Positions 1 to 11,409 of a stretch of DNA of 64,000 nt are shown piece by piece. Every line of letters begins with the position of its first letter. Position 1 is the first letter of the stretch. The notes under the pieces are model-generated. The model was given only the letters and a program-made list of their open reading frames with translations. It was not told the DNA's origin and searched no databases. The translations under genes were made by a program, and so were the position numbers. The stretch is from Azolla caroliniana (Eukaryota > Plantae > Polypodiophyta): assembly GCA_043228905.1 (NCBI GenBank), contig JBHGNT010000008.1, forward strand, positions 15,004,001 through 15,068,000, written 5' to 3'.

Positions 1-223
1 CGCCTCGCTCGCGCTCCTCGACCTGTTCGACTCCGCGCGCTTCGACCCTTTCGGTCGGCTTGTCTACTCATGCGGCCCTTATCAGCTCTTCTGTTGTTGC
101 GGTGTTGACGCTTTTCTTGCTGCCTTTTCTTCCGCTTGGGCCTCGGTTGATTCAGCGTATCTGAATCAAACATCCGGACCGACTCGGCTACTTCCGATCG
201 GTTTTCGATCTCGTCCGAGTTGG

Positions 224-3200
224 CTATCTCCAACTTGTCTTCGGTCTTCTCACCCTCGATGGCGTCATCTTCCCCAGACGTGGTTGGCTTCGGCTGCTCC
301 CCATCTGTCTGCTCCCAGACTTTTCCGCGGGTCCGCCCTCGGCTTCTTCAGCTGATCCAAAGTCTAACTCGACAACCAAGTAAACCGACTCGGACTCGGT
401 GTCGCAGTCTCTGCTCCTTTCCTGCTGCCTTGCTTGGTCGTTCGGGACTGTTCTCCCCCTCAAGTTTGGCACATGGAGGTGACGCATCCCGAGCGCACCT
501 GAGAATTGCCGCAACTTGTCCAAACCAAGAGGCTTTGTGAAGATGTCGACAGTATGCCGATCCGTCGGTACGTACCGAAGTTCGACGTCACCGGCAAGGA
601 CACACTCACGGACGAAATGGTAGTGCAACTCAATGTGCTTGGTCTATGCGTGGAAAACGGGGTTTTTCGCGAGCTGGATGTTGTTGAGGTTGTCGCAGTA
701 GATCGTCGTTGGATCGGACACCTCCTCTTGCAGGTCCTTAAGTAGCCGCTTCAACCATATGGCTTCTCATGTCGCAACAGCCACTCCTCGGTACTCAGCT
801 TCGGTGTTCGACAGTGCAACTGTTGGCTGCTTCTTACTGCTCCACGCGATCGCGGTACTCTCGAGGGAGAACGCGTATCAGGACGTGGATCGGCAATCGG
901 CGGCGTTGCCAGCCCAATCAACATCGGTGTAGCCGACTATCCGCATGGCTGCACCGGTCTGATATAGCAGTCCCCGGTCCTTAGTGCCGTTGACATACCG
1001 AAGTATGCGTTGCGCACACTGAAGGTGTTCCTCGGTAGGTCGCGCCATGAACTGACTGATCACACCGACCGGATAACTGAGGTCGGGTCGGGTGATGGTC
1101 AAGTATATGAGGCTTCCGACAATTTGTCGGAACCTCGTCGGGTCGCATACCTTTCCCGTATCGGGACGAAGCTTGACGGTTCTATCCAAAGGAGTCGAGA
1201 CGGACTTACAGTCGGCCATCCCGAATTTGAAGAGCATACTTAGCACGTAATGACGTTGGCTGATCAATATGCCTTCGGGGGTACGGATCACTTCGATCCC
1301 GAGGAAGTAATGAAGGTCCCCCAGATCCTTCATGTCGAACGATGCGGCAAGCTGGAGCTTCACGCGGTCGATTTCACCTAGGTCGGCGTTGGTGATGACC
1401 ACGTCATCAACATATAGTAAAATACTAACCGGTCTAAGTCGACCATTCCGGATGAACAGGGAAGAGTCCGATTTTGACGTGACGAAGCCCATCCGACGCA
1501 ATTGTTGCGTGATCTTCGTGTTCCAGGCACGTGGGGCTTGCTTCAGTCCGTAAAGGGACTTCTTTAGTCGGCATACTACCGAGGAGTTCGTTCCGAAGTG
1601 AAATCCGGGGGGTTGTACCATGTACACCTGTTCCTCAAGGTCACCTTGCAAGAACGCATTCTTTACATCCATCTGATGTAAGTGCCACCCCTTGGCCGTG
1701 GCTACTGCGAGCAAAACACGGACGGTCGTCATTTTCGCGACCGACGCAAACGTCTCATCGTAGTCGATGCCATGTTTCTGCGCGTAGCCCTTTGCCACTA
1801 GCCGAGCCTTGTACCGGTTGACCGAGCCATCGGTGTTGTACTTGACTTTGTACACCCACCTACACCCGATCGGTTTTACCCCTGTTGGTGCGTCAACCAG
1901 GTCCCAGGTCTCTTTCTCCGCTAATGCGTGCATCTCTTCCTCCATCGCGGCACGCCAATTCGCGTCTTTAGCCGCTTCTGCGTAGATCTTCGGCTCACGC
2001 ACTTCCGCTACACGGGTCATGTACGCATAATGATGCGCCATGTACTCGTTGTATCCGAACCGCAAAACAGGATTCTTCTAGCGGGTCGATCGGCGTAATC
2101 TCATATTAGCCGATGTCAAGGCCTTCTCGGTCGACGCGGGCTTCACTTTTAAAGACCCGTCACCGGTACCCTCGGAGTCGGACTCGCGTCGGTTTGACTC
2201 GTTCCTTTCCGTGCCGGAATCCGACACCTTCTTCTTCCCTTTCTCTTTGCGCATAAGCCGTCTCCTCGGCTTCCTGCGCGGGGAGTGTACGGCCGAGTCT
2301 TCACTACTTGCCGGCTCTTCATCGGACTGGTTGTACCGACTCAGCCATCCAATCGGTCCACTTAACCGGAGTGAAATCGGACTCTCTTCGCGGGTCTCGA
2401 TTTCGGGCTCATTCGGAGACATCTCGGCCTTGCTGACCTCGTCGTCAGAACTCGGATTGGAGTCGGGGTTCGGAGTCGGGGGCAGGTATCAGGACGCGGA
2501 CTCGTGAAACACAACGTCGTGGCTGACACGCGCTTGTTTGGTGCGACGGTTATAGCACTTATAACCCTTCTGCTCGTCCGAGTAATCGACCAGGATGCAT
2601 TTCTCGGCCTTTGCGTCCAGCTTCCTCCTTTTCTCCTTCGGTACATGCACATACGCGATGCTACCGAACACCCTCAAGCGTTGCAAGTTCGGCTTCGTTC
2701 CGAAGTATAGCTCGTGCGCCGACACTTTGTCTCCGATCCGGTTCTGGATGTATACCGCGGTCCTGACCGCCTCGGCCCAATAGAACTTGGGCAAGCTCCT
2801 CTCCTCCAGCATTGCCCATGCCGCTTCCACAACTGACCGATTCTTCCTCTCGGCCACGCCGTTCTGCTCCGGCGTGTATCTACAATTGAATTCGCGCCGA
2901 ATTCCCATTTGTTGTAGATAACCGTTGAATTGACCAGAAAAGTACTCTTTCCCGCCATCCGACCGCAGGCACTTGATCTTTCGTCCCGTTTCCTTTTCCA
3001 CGAACCCTTTGAGGTCCCGGAAACAGTCGAAGACTTCGTTCTTCCTCTTAATGAGGTAGATCCACGTGTGCCGCGTGTGGTCGTCGATGAAGGAGACGAA
3101 ATATCGGCTCCCGCCAAGGCTAACGTTTTGTGTCGGCCCCCATACATCGGAGTGTATAAGGTCGAGCTTGTTCCGACTCCGGTTTCGCTCGTTGGGGAAG

Positions 3201-5228
3201 GGAAGTCGGTGTCGCTTCCCGAGCTGGCAAGCTTCACAAATTTGTGCCTTTTGGCCACTAAATTTGGGCAATCCGAACACTACCTGTTTCGATTGCAGAT
3301 CTTGAAGCCGCTGGTAGTTGACGTGGCCTATCTGCTTGTGCCACAAGTCAATGTCCGACTCGGCTTTTTGTCCCTTCGCGAACATTGCGGTGCCGCCATC
3401 AGTGGAATCGAGGATGAACATCCTCCCATCTCTGCGCCCTTGCGCAATCACACGGCCTTCTTCGTCAATGAAGCACCCGAGGTGTGTAAACCGAACCTCC
3501 ATCCCTTGGTTGACGATCTATCCGACCGAGACCAAGTTTTTCGTGATTGTCGGAACGCGCAGCATGTTCATGAGTTTCTCTTTCTGCCCGACATGGCTAA
3601 GGGGAACTTCTCCGACATTCGCGATCGGATGCGAAGTGTCGTCTCCAGTTGCGACTACTCCAAGTTGTATCGCTTTTTCGAGGTACGAGAACTACTCCTT
3701 ATGGCTCATCATGTGGTTTGACGCGCCGGAGTCTATGTACCACACCTCGTCCGATCTCGGGGTGCTCTGTTTCATTGAGTTTGCTTCGTGTCTCGTCACG
3801 AAGGCAAACCCTTCTCCGGCTCTCCCGGAGTCTTCGGCGTAGTGCGATCGCTGTCGATTTCCCTTGTCGGTATGTCTGGAGCCGTTCCCGGAACCAGTTC
3901 TCTCCGAATCGGCGCGCTTCTTCCAGCACTCACTTTCCCTGTGGCCTTTCTTGCCACAGTACCAGCACTCCGCGATGGACTTCCCTTGCCAGTTCTCATC
4001 GCTTCGACTCCCCCTGTTTCCGAAGGGTCCGGAGTTGCTGTCGGCATCACTTCGGTGCCTTCTTCCCTGATCTCGTCGGCCGCCTCCATTGTGCGCCGAC
4101 TCGCCTCCTCCTCCACGTCCACGGGGCCTATCTCCCTCCGTGTACAACATTCTGTTGTCGGTGTGCGTGCTTGTAGACGAACCCGCGTGGTTCTCCTCTA
4201 CCAGGAGCATTGACTGTAAGTTAAAAAAGGACGGCGTATTCTCCCGGGTACACACAGCCATTGGGAACGCTCCGTGTTATTCGTTTAGCCGGACAAAACA
4301 CATCCCATCGTGGTCGCCAAAACTGTGTTATTCGTTTAGCCGGACAAGGCCTAACACAAGGTGTCACGGAGACACTTCACCAAAGGGTGATTACGGCATA
4401 GGATTAAGATTCAACGATTACACCGACTTACGTAGGTTACACGATTAGATTGCTTTGGTTAATTACACGCGTAAGATACAACAGTAAATACAGAACGGAA
4501 TCAAGACAGAAGTATAAACATCATAAGCTCTATTAATTATCCGCTGTGATTACAATGGGGTCCGGGCCTTTAAATAGGTTTCCGGCCCGTAGTACAAAAC
4601 GGTGCCCCTCGCACCTATTCGGGATCCGTCCGGATCTGGAACGGCATACCGTTTCCAGTCCGTCCGTCCACACTATCCTCATTTACAACCATATATAATT
4701 AATTCCTTCACTCCGTATTTTGGACTCCTTGCCGGCCGGTAACACTCCGAACTTCGACGCCAAACCTTTGAGACATATCTGGACCATCTCGCTCTCCTCG
4801 ATGTTCACCTCTATGGAGGCGAGGGAGTCGCAGATATCCTTGATCTTCGAGGTATAGTCCGCCACTGACAAGTCGCGTTGTCGTAGGTTGCTCAACTCCT
4901 ATCGGAGCTGAAGCTTCCTGGCTGTTGTGCTCGCGGCGAAAATCTTCTTCAGATTTTCCCACGCACCCTTCGGCGTCTTTGCATCCCGAACATAACTCAA
5001 TAGTTGTTCGCCCACACACGACGCGAAGCAGTATAATACCCTACTCGCCGATTGCTCCCACGACGGGAAGTCTTTGTGTGTTGATTCGGGTGCCACTTCA
5101 TTAGCTCCTTCGACATAACTCCAGTAGCCGTGCCCGAGCAGGTACTGGTGCATCTTGTAGGACCAAGACGCGTAGTTGGTTCTGTCAAGATTCTCTGTTG
5201 GAAGCGAGCTCGCCATGCCTCTATCCAT
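224..5228 (-). pseudogene. copia A gag-pol polyprotein, disrupted by stops and a 470-bp insertion
   Basis: gag NYASWSYKMHQYL (4899-5228); CCHC knuckle CWYCGKKGHRESEC and protease WYIDSGASNHM (3692-4261); integrase LIHSDVWGP..RSDGGKEY..QNGVAERKNR (2489-3502); RT HQMDVKNAFL..LYVDD (878-2065); RNaseH HFVRE..DIFTKPL (224-628). Confidence 0.93.
4275..4744 (-). mobile_element. Single G-family gypsy LTR (4326-4744) with PBS and a duplicated LTR terminus, inserted in copia A gag
   Basis: TG..CA ends and 5-bp TSD CTCCG (4270-4274, 4745-4749). Shares motifs with G LTRs (gacacttcaccaaagggtg, aagctctattaattatcc, acaaaacggtgcc). The gag frame is restored when it is removed. Confidence 0.88.
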
Positions 5229-5280
5229 CGTTCTTCTTCGTCAAGCTGTGTCGGCTGCAGAGAGGTTCTCAACCCTCGCG

Positions 5281-5291
5281 TTCTAATACCA
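5281..5291 (-). promoter_or_regulatory. Primer-binding site, tRNA-iMet type (degenerate TGGTATTAGAA)
   Basis: Abuts the LTR end. The related copy at 37703-37714 has the canonical TGGTATCAGAGC. Confidence 0.8.
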
Positions 5292-5642
5292 TGTAAAAAG
5301 TAGCGTGCAGAAGCAAGTATGAAGACCGAACAGAAGGAAGGAAACTCAGGTTTAATGGAGAGCTTGAGCTTACACGGTATACGCGGGAGAGACAGAGAGA
5401 GTGAGAGAGAACGCAAGAACTATATTCAACAATAATACTCAATCTGTACATAAGACGTGCTTAGTGAACACTTTTATACAAGTCCTAGAAGGACTGACCG
5501 AAGTATTGATAGTACTTCAATGCTTATCAAGAGCTCCTACACTAACTCCCAAATATATTCCTCACAGAATATCTTTCCTAATGACCTCCCGGTCCTCGGC
5601 TTCTTCAGCCGATCCGGCCGATGTTGAGCTTGTCTCTCAACA
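5292..5642 (-). repeat. 5' LTR of copia A1 (~351 bp)
   Basis: TG..CA termini; homologous to the LTR at 37715-38059. Confidence 0.85.
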
Positions 5643-6470
5643 AGGATGTTCGACACGTTCCGGAGGTTTGGTTGAACCTGATTGAACCGGTTAGCTAGAT
5701 GATGAAGGCTACATGGGTAGCATCCGAAATGGAGTCATGAAGTTTTGCAAAGGGAGCCTTATCGTGGCTCGAGCCAGAAAAATCAACACTCTATACTTGA
5801 TGCATGCCAAGATATGTAGGGAGGAGGTGAATATTGCATCCAAAAACGCCGGTGAGCTGTGGCACAAGAGGTTGTGTTACATGAGCCAGAAAGGGATGAG
5901 AAGACTTTCCATAGATAACCTCATTCCGGAGATGAAAGATGTGCATCTTGAGAAGTGCACCGAGTGCTTGGCCGGCAAGCAAAACCTAACCTCTTTCCGG
6001 TCAAGACCACTGATGAGGTGGAATGCACCTCTGGAACTTGTGCATACCGATGAATGCCAAGTGGACATGAAGTCACTGGATCACAGTACTTCGTGACCTT
6101 CATAGATGACCACAACGGGAAGCTGTGGGTCTCACCGCTTAAGACGAAGGACCAGGTATTATCTGTCTTCAAAGACTTTGATGTGAGAGTGGAAAGGGAA
6201 ACCGGTCAGAAGCTGAAGGCGGTTCGAGCGGAGAACAGAGGAGAATACTGGTGGCAGTTCGAGGAGTACTGTCGGTCGAAGGGAATCCATCTCGAATTCA
6301 TTGTGCCGAAGACGCCGGAACTGAACGGGTTGGCCGAAAGGATGAACTGGACCATAATGAAGAGAGTCTGAAGCATGCTTGGACATGCTAAGTTGCCCAA
6401 GATGTTTTGGGTTGAGGCGCCGATGACAACGACTTACATGATAAACAGATCACCTTTAGCACCCTTGGAC
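5643..6470 (+). pseudogene. Degenerate copia B-family pol fragment (GAG-pre-integrase and integrase)
   Basis: MGSIRNGVMKFCKGSL..WHKRL..ELVHTD..QYFVTFIDDH..PELNGLAERMN, closely matching ~31770-32600, with a frameshift and stops. Confidence 0.9.
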
Positions 6471-6599
6471 GAATCCATTATCTGTACCACAATCACTTTG
6501 AACCTACCCCGAAGGCTTGAGGGTAGGCAATGTTCCTAACTGGTTACACTTTTGGCATGCCTGGTGATCTGTGAATCCTCACAACCGAGCAGTAGGGAA

Positions 6600-8101
6600 T
6601 GGATGTCTAGCCGCCGACGCAACCGAGAACTGACTTGACAAGATCGACCACAAACCAGGTCCTTCACCTGCAAGACAGAAGAACGCACTACATGAAGACC
6701 ATGCCCCATCGACGACGGTCCCTTTCTCTCAGGGTATACGCTCAAATCGATGCTTACTGCACATAGCGTCACTAGGCAAGAAGGTTCATCTCTAGCAGAC
6801 CAAGATAGTGAAACTATCACTTCGCATACAACCCCACATCGAGCCGGCGGTACTCCCTCAGACGCTAGTCTAACGACTGGAATGACTTTCTCATATCCTC
6901 GTTTCAGCGGAGATACTAACGCCAAGGGACACGTTCAATCATTCCTCGACGTGTGGAATGCGAATCATATGTCATAGCAGCCTCTGGAAACGAAAGCCCA
7001 AGCATCAAAAATCGCCGAGTTCAGACTAACCCTCGATGGGCGAGCTACCCGTTGGCATTCCCAGCTCTACATCTTGGCGTTTGTAGCCTTTGACCACCTC
7101 CAATCCTAGTTCTTATGATTCTTTCATCGGAGTATTCCCCAATGTGAGATCATTGGTCAGTTTTATACAATCAAACAGATGTAGCAAGAATCGGTGGCTA
7201 ACTTCAGCTTACGGTTCCAGAGTTTACGACGACAGCTAACACGCGCTCCGATGGAGGATGAGGCCAAAGAAACATTTTTAGCAGCATTACGTCGACCCCT
7301 CTGAACTACATTAAATACGCAAAATCTCATGGGCCAAATGGCGGATACAGTCATAGAACGAGCATTACAGCTTGGGCTAGAAGAGGAGGACGATGGAATT
7401 TCTATGGCGTTGCTAAAACACGCACCCAAGGACGAAGACTATCGTTTCCGCCAAGCCATTCAATGTACGATTTTCTTGAACACAAGGCACTCTACGATAG
7501 AGTGCAATATGCCGATACACTGCCCCACCTGTCATTCGCGAGCGCATACGATGAACTAGTGGGAGTATAACACGCTGAACATGCCCACATCTGTCATTCA
7601 TGAGCCGTAGAGGCAGTCCCGCCACAATGACCAAGACCAATAGGTGGAGCGATACTAGCACACGGAGCTGAATTAGCGTACAGAAAGATTGCTCCGATCC
7701 TCCTCTTCTTCTGGCAGAGGCAGTCCCGTAACAATGACCAAGACCAATAGGTGGAGCGATACTAGCACACGGAGCTGAATTAGCGCACAGAAAGGTTGTG
7801 TTATTATCGTCACAATAACGTCCCTTATTCCGATGAAGACGAGCCAGAAGAAGAGGAGGATCGGAGCAACGACCACATGCCCACTACCATTGTTGGAGTT
7901 GCAAAGCGGCCTTGACCATACCTCCACATGCATGGACCATGAGATACAGCCGGAGCCGGAAACGTCGGTCGAGCCACAAAGTGACGAGCCCAGTTACGTT
8001 ACGGCGCCACCAGTTACGACAAGCAATGACGAGCGCCGAAAGCCAAATATCCTCGATATTTTGGACGACAAGTAAAGAGAGGACGGGTTTGATGTGCCAA
8101 G
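6600..8101 (+). pseudogene. Old internally deleted G-related gypsy relic (gag joined to an ORF3-like tail)
   Basis: FSYPRFSGD..HVQSFLDVWNANHMS and EDYRFRQAIQCT..HCPTCHSRAHTM match G gag. It ends in NILDILDDK* like the G ORF3 tail (SILDILDKA*). No pol. The start is approximate. Confidence 0.75.
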
Positions 8102-8556
8102 TGTTAATCCTAGGGCCAGACAACAGCCTAACATAGGGTGTCCACTTAAGACACTTCACCAAAGGGTGGTACGACAGAATGACTTACGGCACAACACTTA
8201 ATTAGACCTTAATTGGTTACTTAGCAATTCGTAATTAACACGTGTAAGATATAACAATGAATATAGAACAGTAATCAAAACTGGAAGATTAAGAAAATAA
8301 GCTCTATTAATTATCCGCTTCTGATTACATTATAACCGGGCCTTTATATAGGTCTCCAGTGCGAAATACAAAACGGTGCCAACCGGCACCTTTACGGGAT
8401 CGGTCCGGATTCGGATCCGGATCCGGTCCGTCCGTCCAAATCTTCTCATATATTAATATCTATATTAAGATTACTAATTACAACAGTTCCTGAATAAACT
8501 ATTCCTTTTCACACTCTGATTTGGACCTCCTTAAGCCTTCTTGCCAACTAGTAACA
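8102..8556 (-). repeat. G1 3' LTR
   Basis: TGTTAATCC..GTAACA; direct repeat of 17230-17691. Confidence 0.92.
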
Positions 8557-8558
8557 CA

Positions 8559-8598
8559 TGGCACGCCCGTGGGACAGTACCTTGTACGTCGAACCCAT
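8559..8598 (-). promoter_or_regulatory. tRNA-3'-end-like motif (inverted second PBS) at the PPT position of G1
   Basis: Minus strand reads ATGGGTTCGA-CGTACAAGGTACT-GTCCCACGGGCGTGCCA-TG-LTR, with no purine tract next to the LTR. Confidence 0.75.
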
Positions 8599-8610
8599 TA
8601 TCCGGCCCTT

Positions 8611-11400
8611 TTACGCTTTGTCCAAAATGTCCAGAATGCTTTGCTCCAAAATTTCCAATGGCTCGTCGGGAATTTGTTGTTGTTGCTGTGGTTGCTGCTG
8701 CTGTTCCATTTGTGGTTGTGGCTGCTGTATGTGCCTTCTCCGTTTGGGGTTGCGACTCCGTTTATTGCTCTGGCACCGGCGTTTCCTTCATTGGTTCCTC
8801 CGTCGGAGTTGTCTATGGCTGACTGACCCCGGCTTGGTCCCCATCTGGTCCTTGCACCGGTGACGGTTCCTCATCACTATGGTTGACCGTTGCCGCCTTT
8901 CTCGCTTTTTCTTCCCGCATCCGAGACCGCTCATAGCTCTCGAACTGGATTTGAGCCTCCAGCCGATCATCCTCCAGCCGATCATCCTCCAGTTGAGCTA
9001 CGAGCTGCCGAACCTGTACCAGTTGTTCATCCGCCAGGGCTGTGAAATCCTCGGCCAGCTCATCCCTTATGGCGGTGAAGTCCTCCGAGGTCAGCGTATA
9101 ACAGTCAACGCCCTCCTTTCGCCGGTCTTCCACGTCCGCCCTAAGCAATTGGAGTTCCGCCGTATTCTGCGCCCATTTCGCCCACGAACGCACAGAGCTA
9201 TCGTCAATCAAGCTTTTGGTCTTAGTGAGCCATGACCGGAGGATGCACTGGATCCATTCGGCTCCCATCTGTGATTTATTTTCTGCGGCTTGTCGCTCTT
9301 CCTTCAATTGCTTGATGATCCAAACCGTGTCCGCCTCCTGCTCCCTATAATGCGACAATTGATTTTGATAGGTTGTTTGGAACCTCTGTAATACCATTGT
9401 CGCTCTTTCCTTGTCTTCATGGTTTTGTTTGTGGAGCTCCATCCGGTCATTCGCCACTTCCTCTAATAGCCTGGAACTTTCCGCTTGTTCTTCGGTGAGT
9501 GCTGTTGTGGCCCTATCAACTTCGTGCCGGAGCTCGGCCATCTGTTCCTGCTGCTGCTTATACTCCGTCTCCAGCTGCTTGTAGTCCCGATGCAGATGAT
9601 CGAAATCATCGGTCTTCTGCTTCAGCCTCTGGTTGATCTACCAGCACGCACGGTCCTCCCGGTCCTTCTGTTGACGGAGCTCTTCCTTCAGCCTCTCGAT
9701 TTCCGTCTCCGCCATCTGTAGCACCTTGTGTTTTTCCTGCAACAATTTCTCTTTTTCCTCCTTCATTCGGTCGTAAGCATGATGTCCTTTACGCAGGTTT
9801 TCCTCTGCCCGACGAAGGTTCTCAGTAGTCTTTTTTAATTCTTCTTCGGCCGCCTTCTTCAAGTCGTGTTCGCGGCTCCGTAATGCTTCTTGTGCTGCGA
9901 GCTCATCTCGTAATTCTGCAAGCTCTTGGGCTTGCGCTGAATCTTTCTCCGGGACAGTTTGTGTCTCCGGGGTCTTATTCCACCAGAGTCACCGGTGCTT
10001 GGATCTGCGTTGTGGTTAAGGCCATTTTGGCCATATCTCCTGTGATCCGATCCAAGTCTTGTTCGAGGCACCGGATCCTTGACCGGGCCGTCTCCAATTC
10101 ATCGGTTGGGATGAGCAACCATTCCGTTTGCGCTCTTTCCTCTGCCTCTATGCATCCGACTACTCCGGCAATTTGTTCTCCTATCCACCAGAGCCATTGG
10201 CTGCCGATGCACTGTTGTTGCGCTTGCACGGAGAGTTGGCTGATGGGTTCACTCGCCGGTGGCTGGTCCCGCCTTACTGCGTCGAGCTGCGCCTCTGGTT
10301 CCACCAGCTGACCACTCTGTCGTTCCGGCTCTAAGTGTGTTTTGGCTAGACGCCCCTTGTCTGCTTGTTCTTGGCCGGCTGGGAAGGTTGGCCTTTGTAT
10401 ATCCGACTCTTGAGTTACGGGGCTTGCCGGTGCTTCCTGTTGCTCAGGGACTTCTGTGACTGGTTCCCTCCGAACCGGTTTCGGTACGTCCCTTGGCGTG
10501 GGATGCTCAACGTGAGTTGCGGGCGTTCCCTCCTTCTGTGGGTCCGAACGCTTCCCGGTTGATTCAGCGATGCTCTTCACCTGCCGCCGCTGGAGGTGCT
10601 CCGTGGGTTCTTCCTCCACTTCCTCCGCCTGAGTCCCGACATTCATTCTTGCCGCCAGGGTGTCTGTTTCTTGTTGCACCGGTCAGTGGAGTGGGCTCTT
10701 CACGGGCCGTGCCGGTGTCTCCTCTCTTGCATCCGTCGGCTGCTTTCGGTTGGCGCGCTCCTTTGCTCCCTTCTTTGCGTCGGCCGTCTTCCCCTTAGTG
10801 CCCTTGGAGGCCAATAGTTGTTGCCGTTTCGAAGCAGGTTTCGGGGTGCCGTCCGTTGCTCTTCCCCGCTTCTTGGTTTGGACGGGCTCGACCGGTGGCG
10901 CCAACAGGGTGAGCCATTGTGTCACCGCATGCCATATTTTCTGGCCTTCCTTGCCGTCCTTTCCTCTTACTATATCAATGGCCATACACAGCCCGTCGGC
11001 GATCAACACCGGCCAATCCACCTTGACCCCTTCGTACGGTGCAATGATCAAGCCTGCTTGGTTCTGAGGCATGACGGGGGGTCGAGGGTACACGTGGTTG
11101 AACTCATCGAGCACACGGGCAATTTCGCGGAATAGCATATCTTCGCCGCCCTGTGTCCTGTAGCCCTTGTTGGCGAGAGAGTACTCACCGAAATATTTGA
11201 TGAGTTGCTCGGAGGTAGGATTGTCGATCGTATAGATGCCTTCCTCCAGAAGGCCTATTAACGCACGGATCGCCTCCTCCATGATCACCTCTGTGTTGAT
11301 TTCTTTTGTAATCTTTTCGGCCTCCCTGTGTGGCGCCGCGTCCATGATCATTAAGAAACCCTCCAGTCCGTGCTGCCGTAACCATTTCTTGGCGGCTTTA
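8611..11400 (-). pseudogene. G1 extra ORF3 (globular N-domain plus long coiled coil), disrupted
   Basis: Track ORFs 10683-11795 (distal part), 9975-10679, 9638-9862 and 8813-9541 are collinear with the G2 and G3 ORF3. Confidence 0.85.
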
Positions 11401-11409
11401 GACAACGTC

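Larger units (their letters stand above)
1..5642 (-). mobile_element. Ty1/copia LTR retrotransposon, family A copy 1 (3' LTR outside the window)
   Basis: Minus-strand domain order gag-PR-INT-RT-RNaseH, 5' LTR 5292-5642 and PBS at 5281-5291. It is inserted into a copia-B pol relic that resumes at 5643. Confidence 0.92.
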
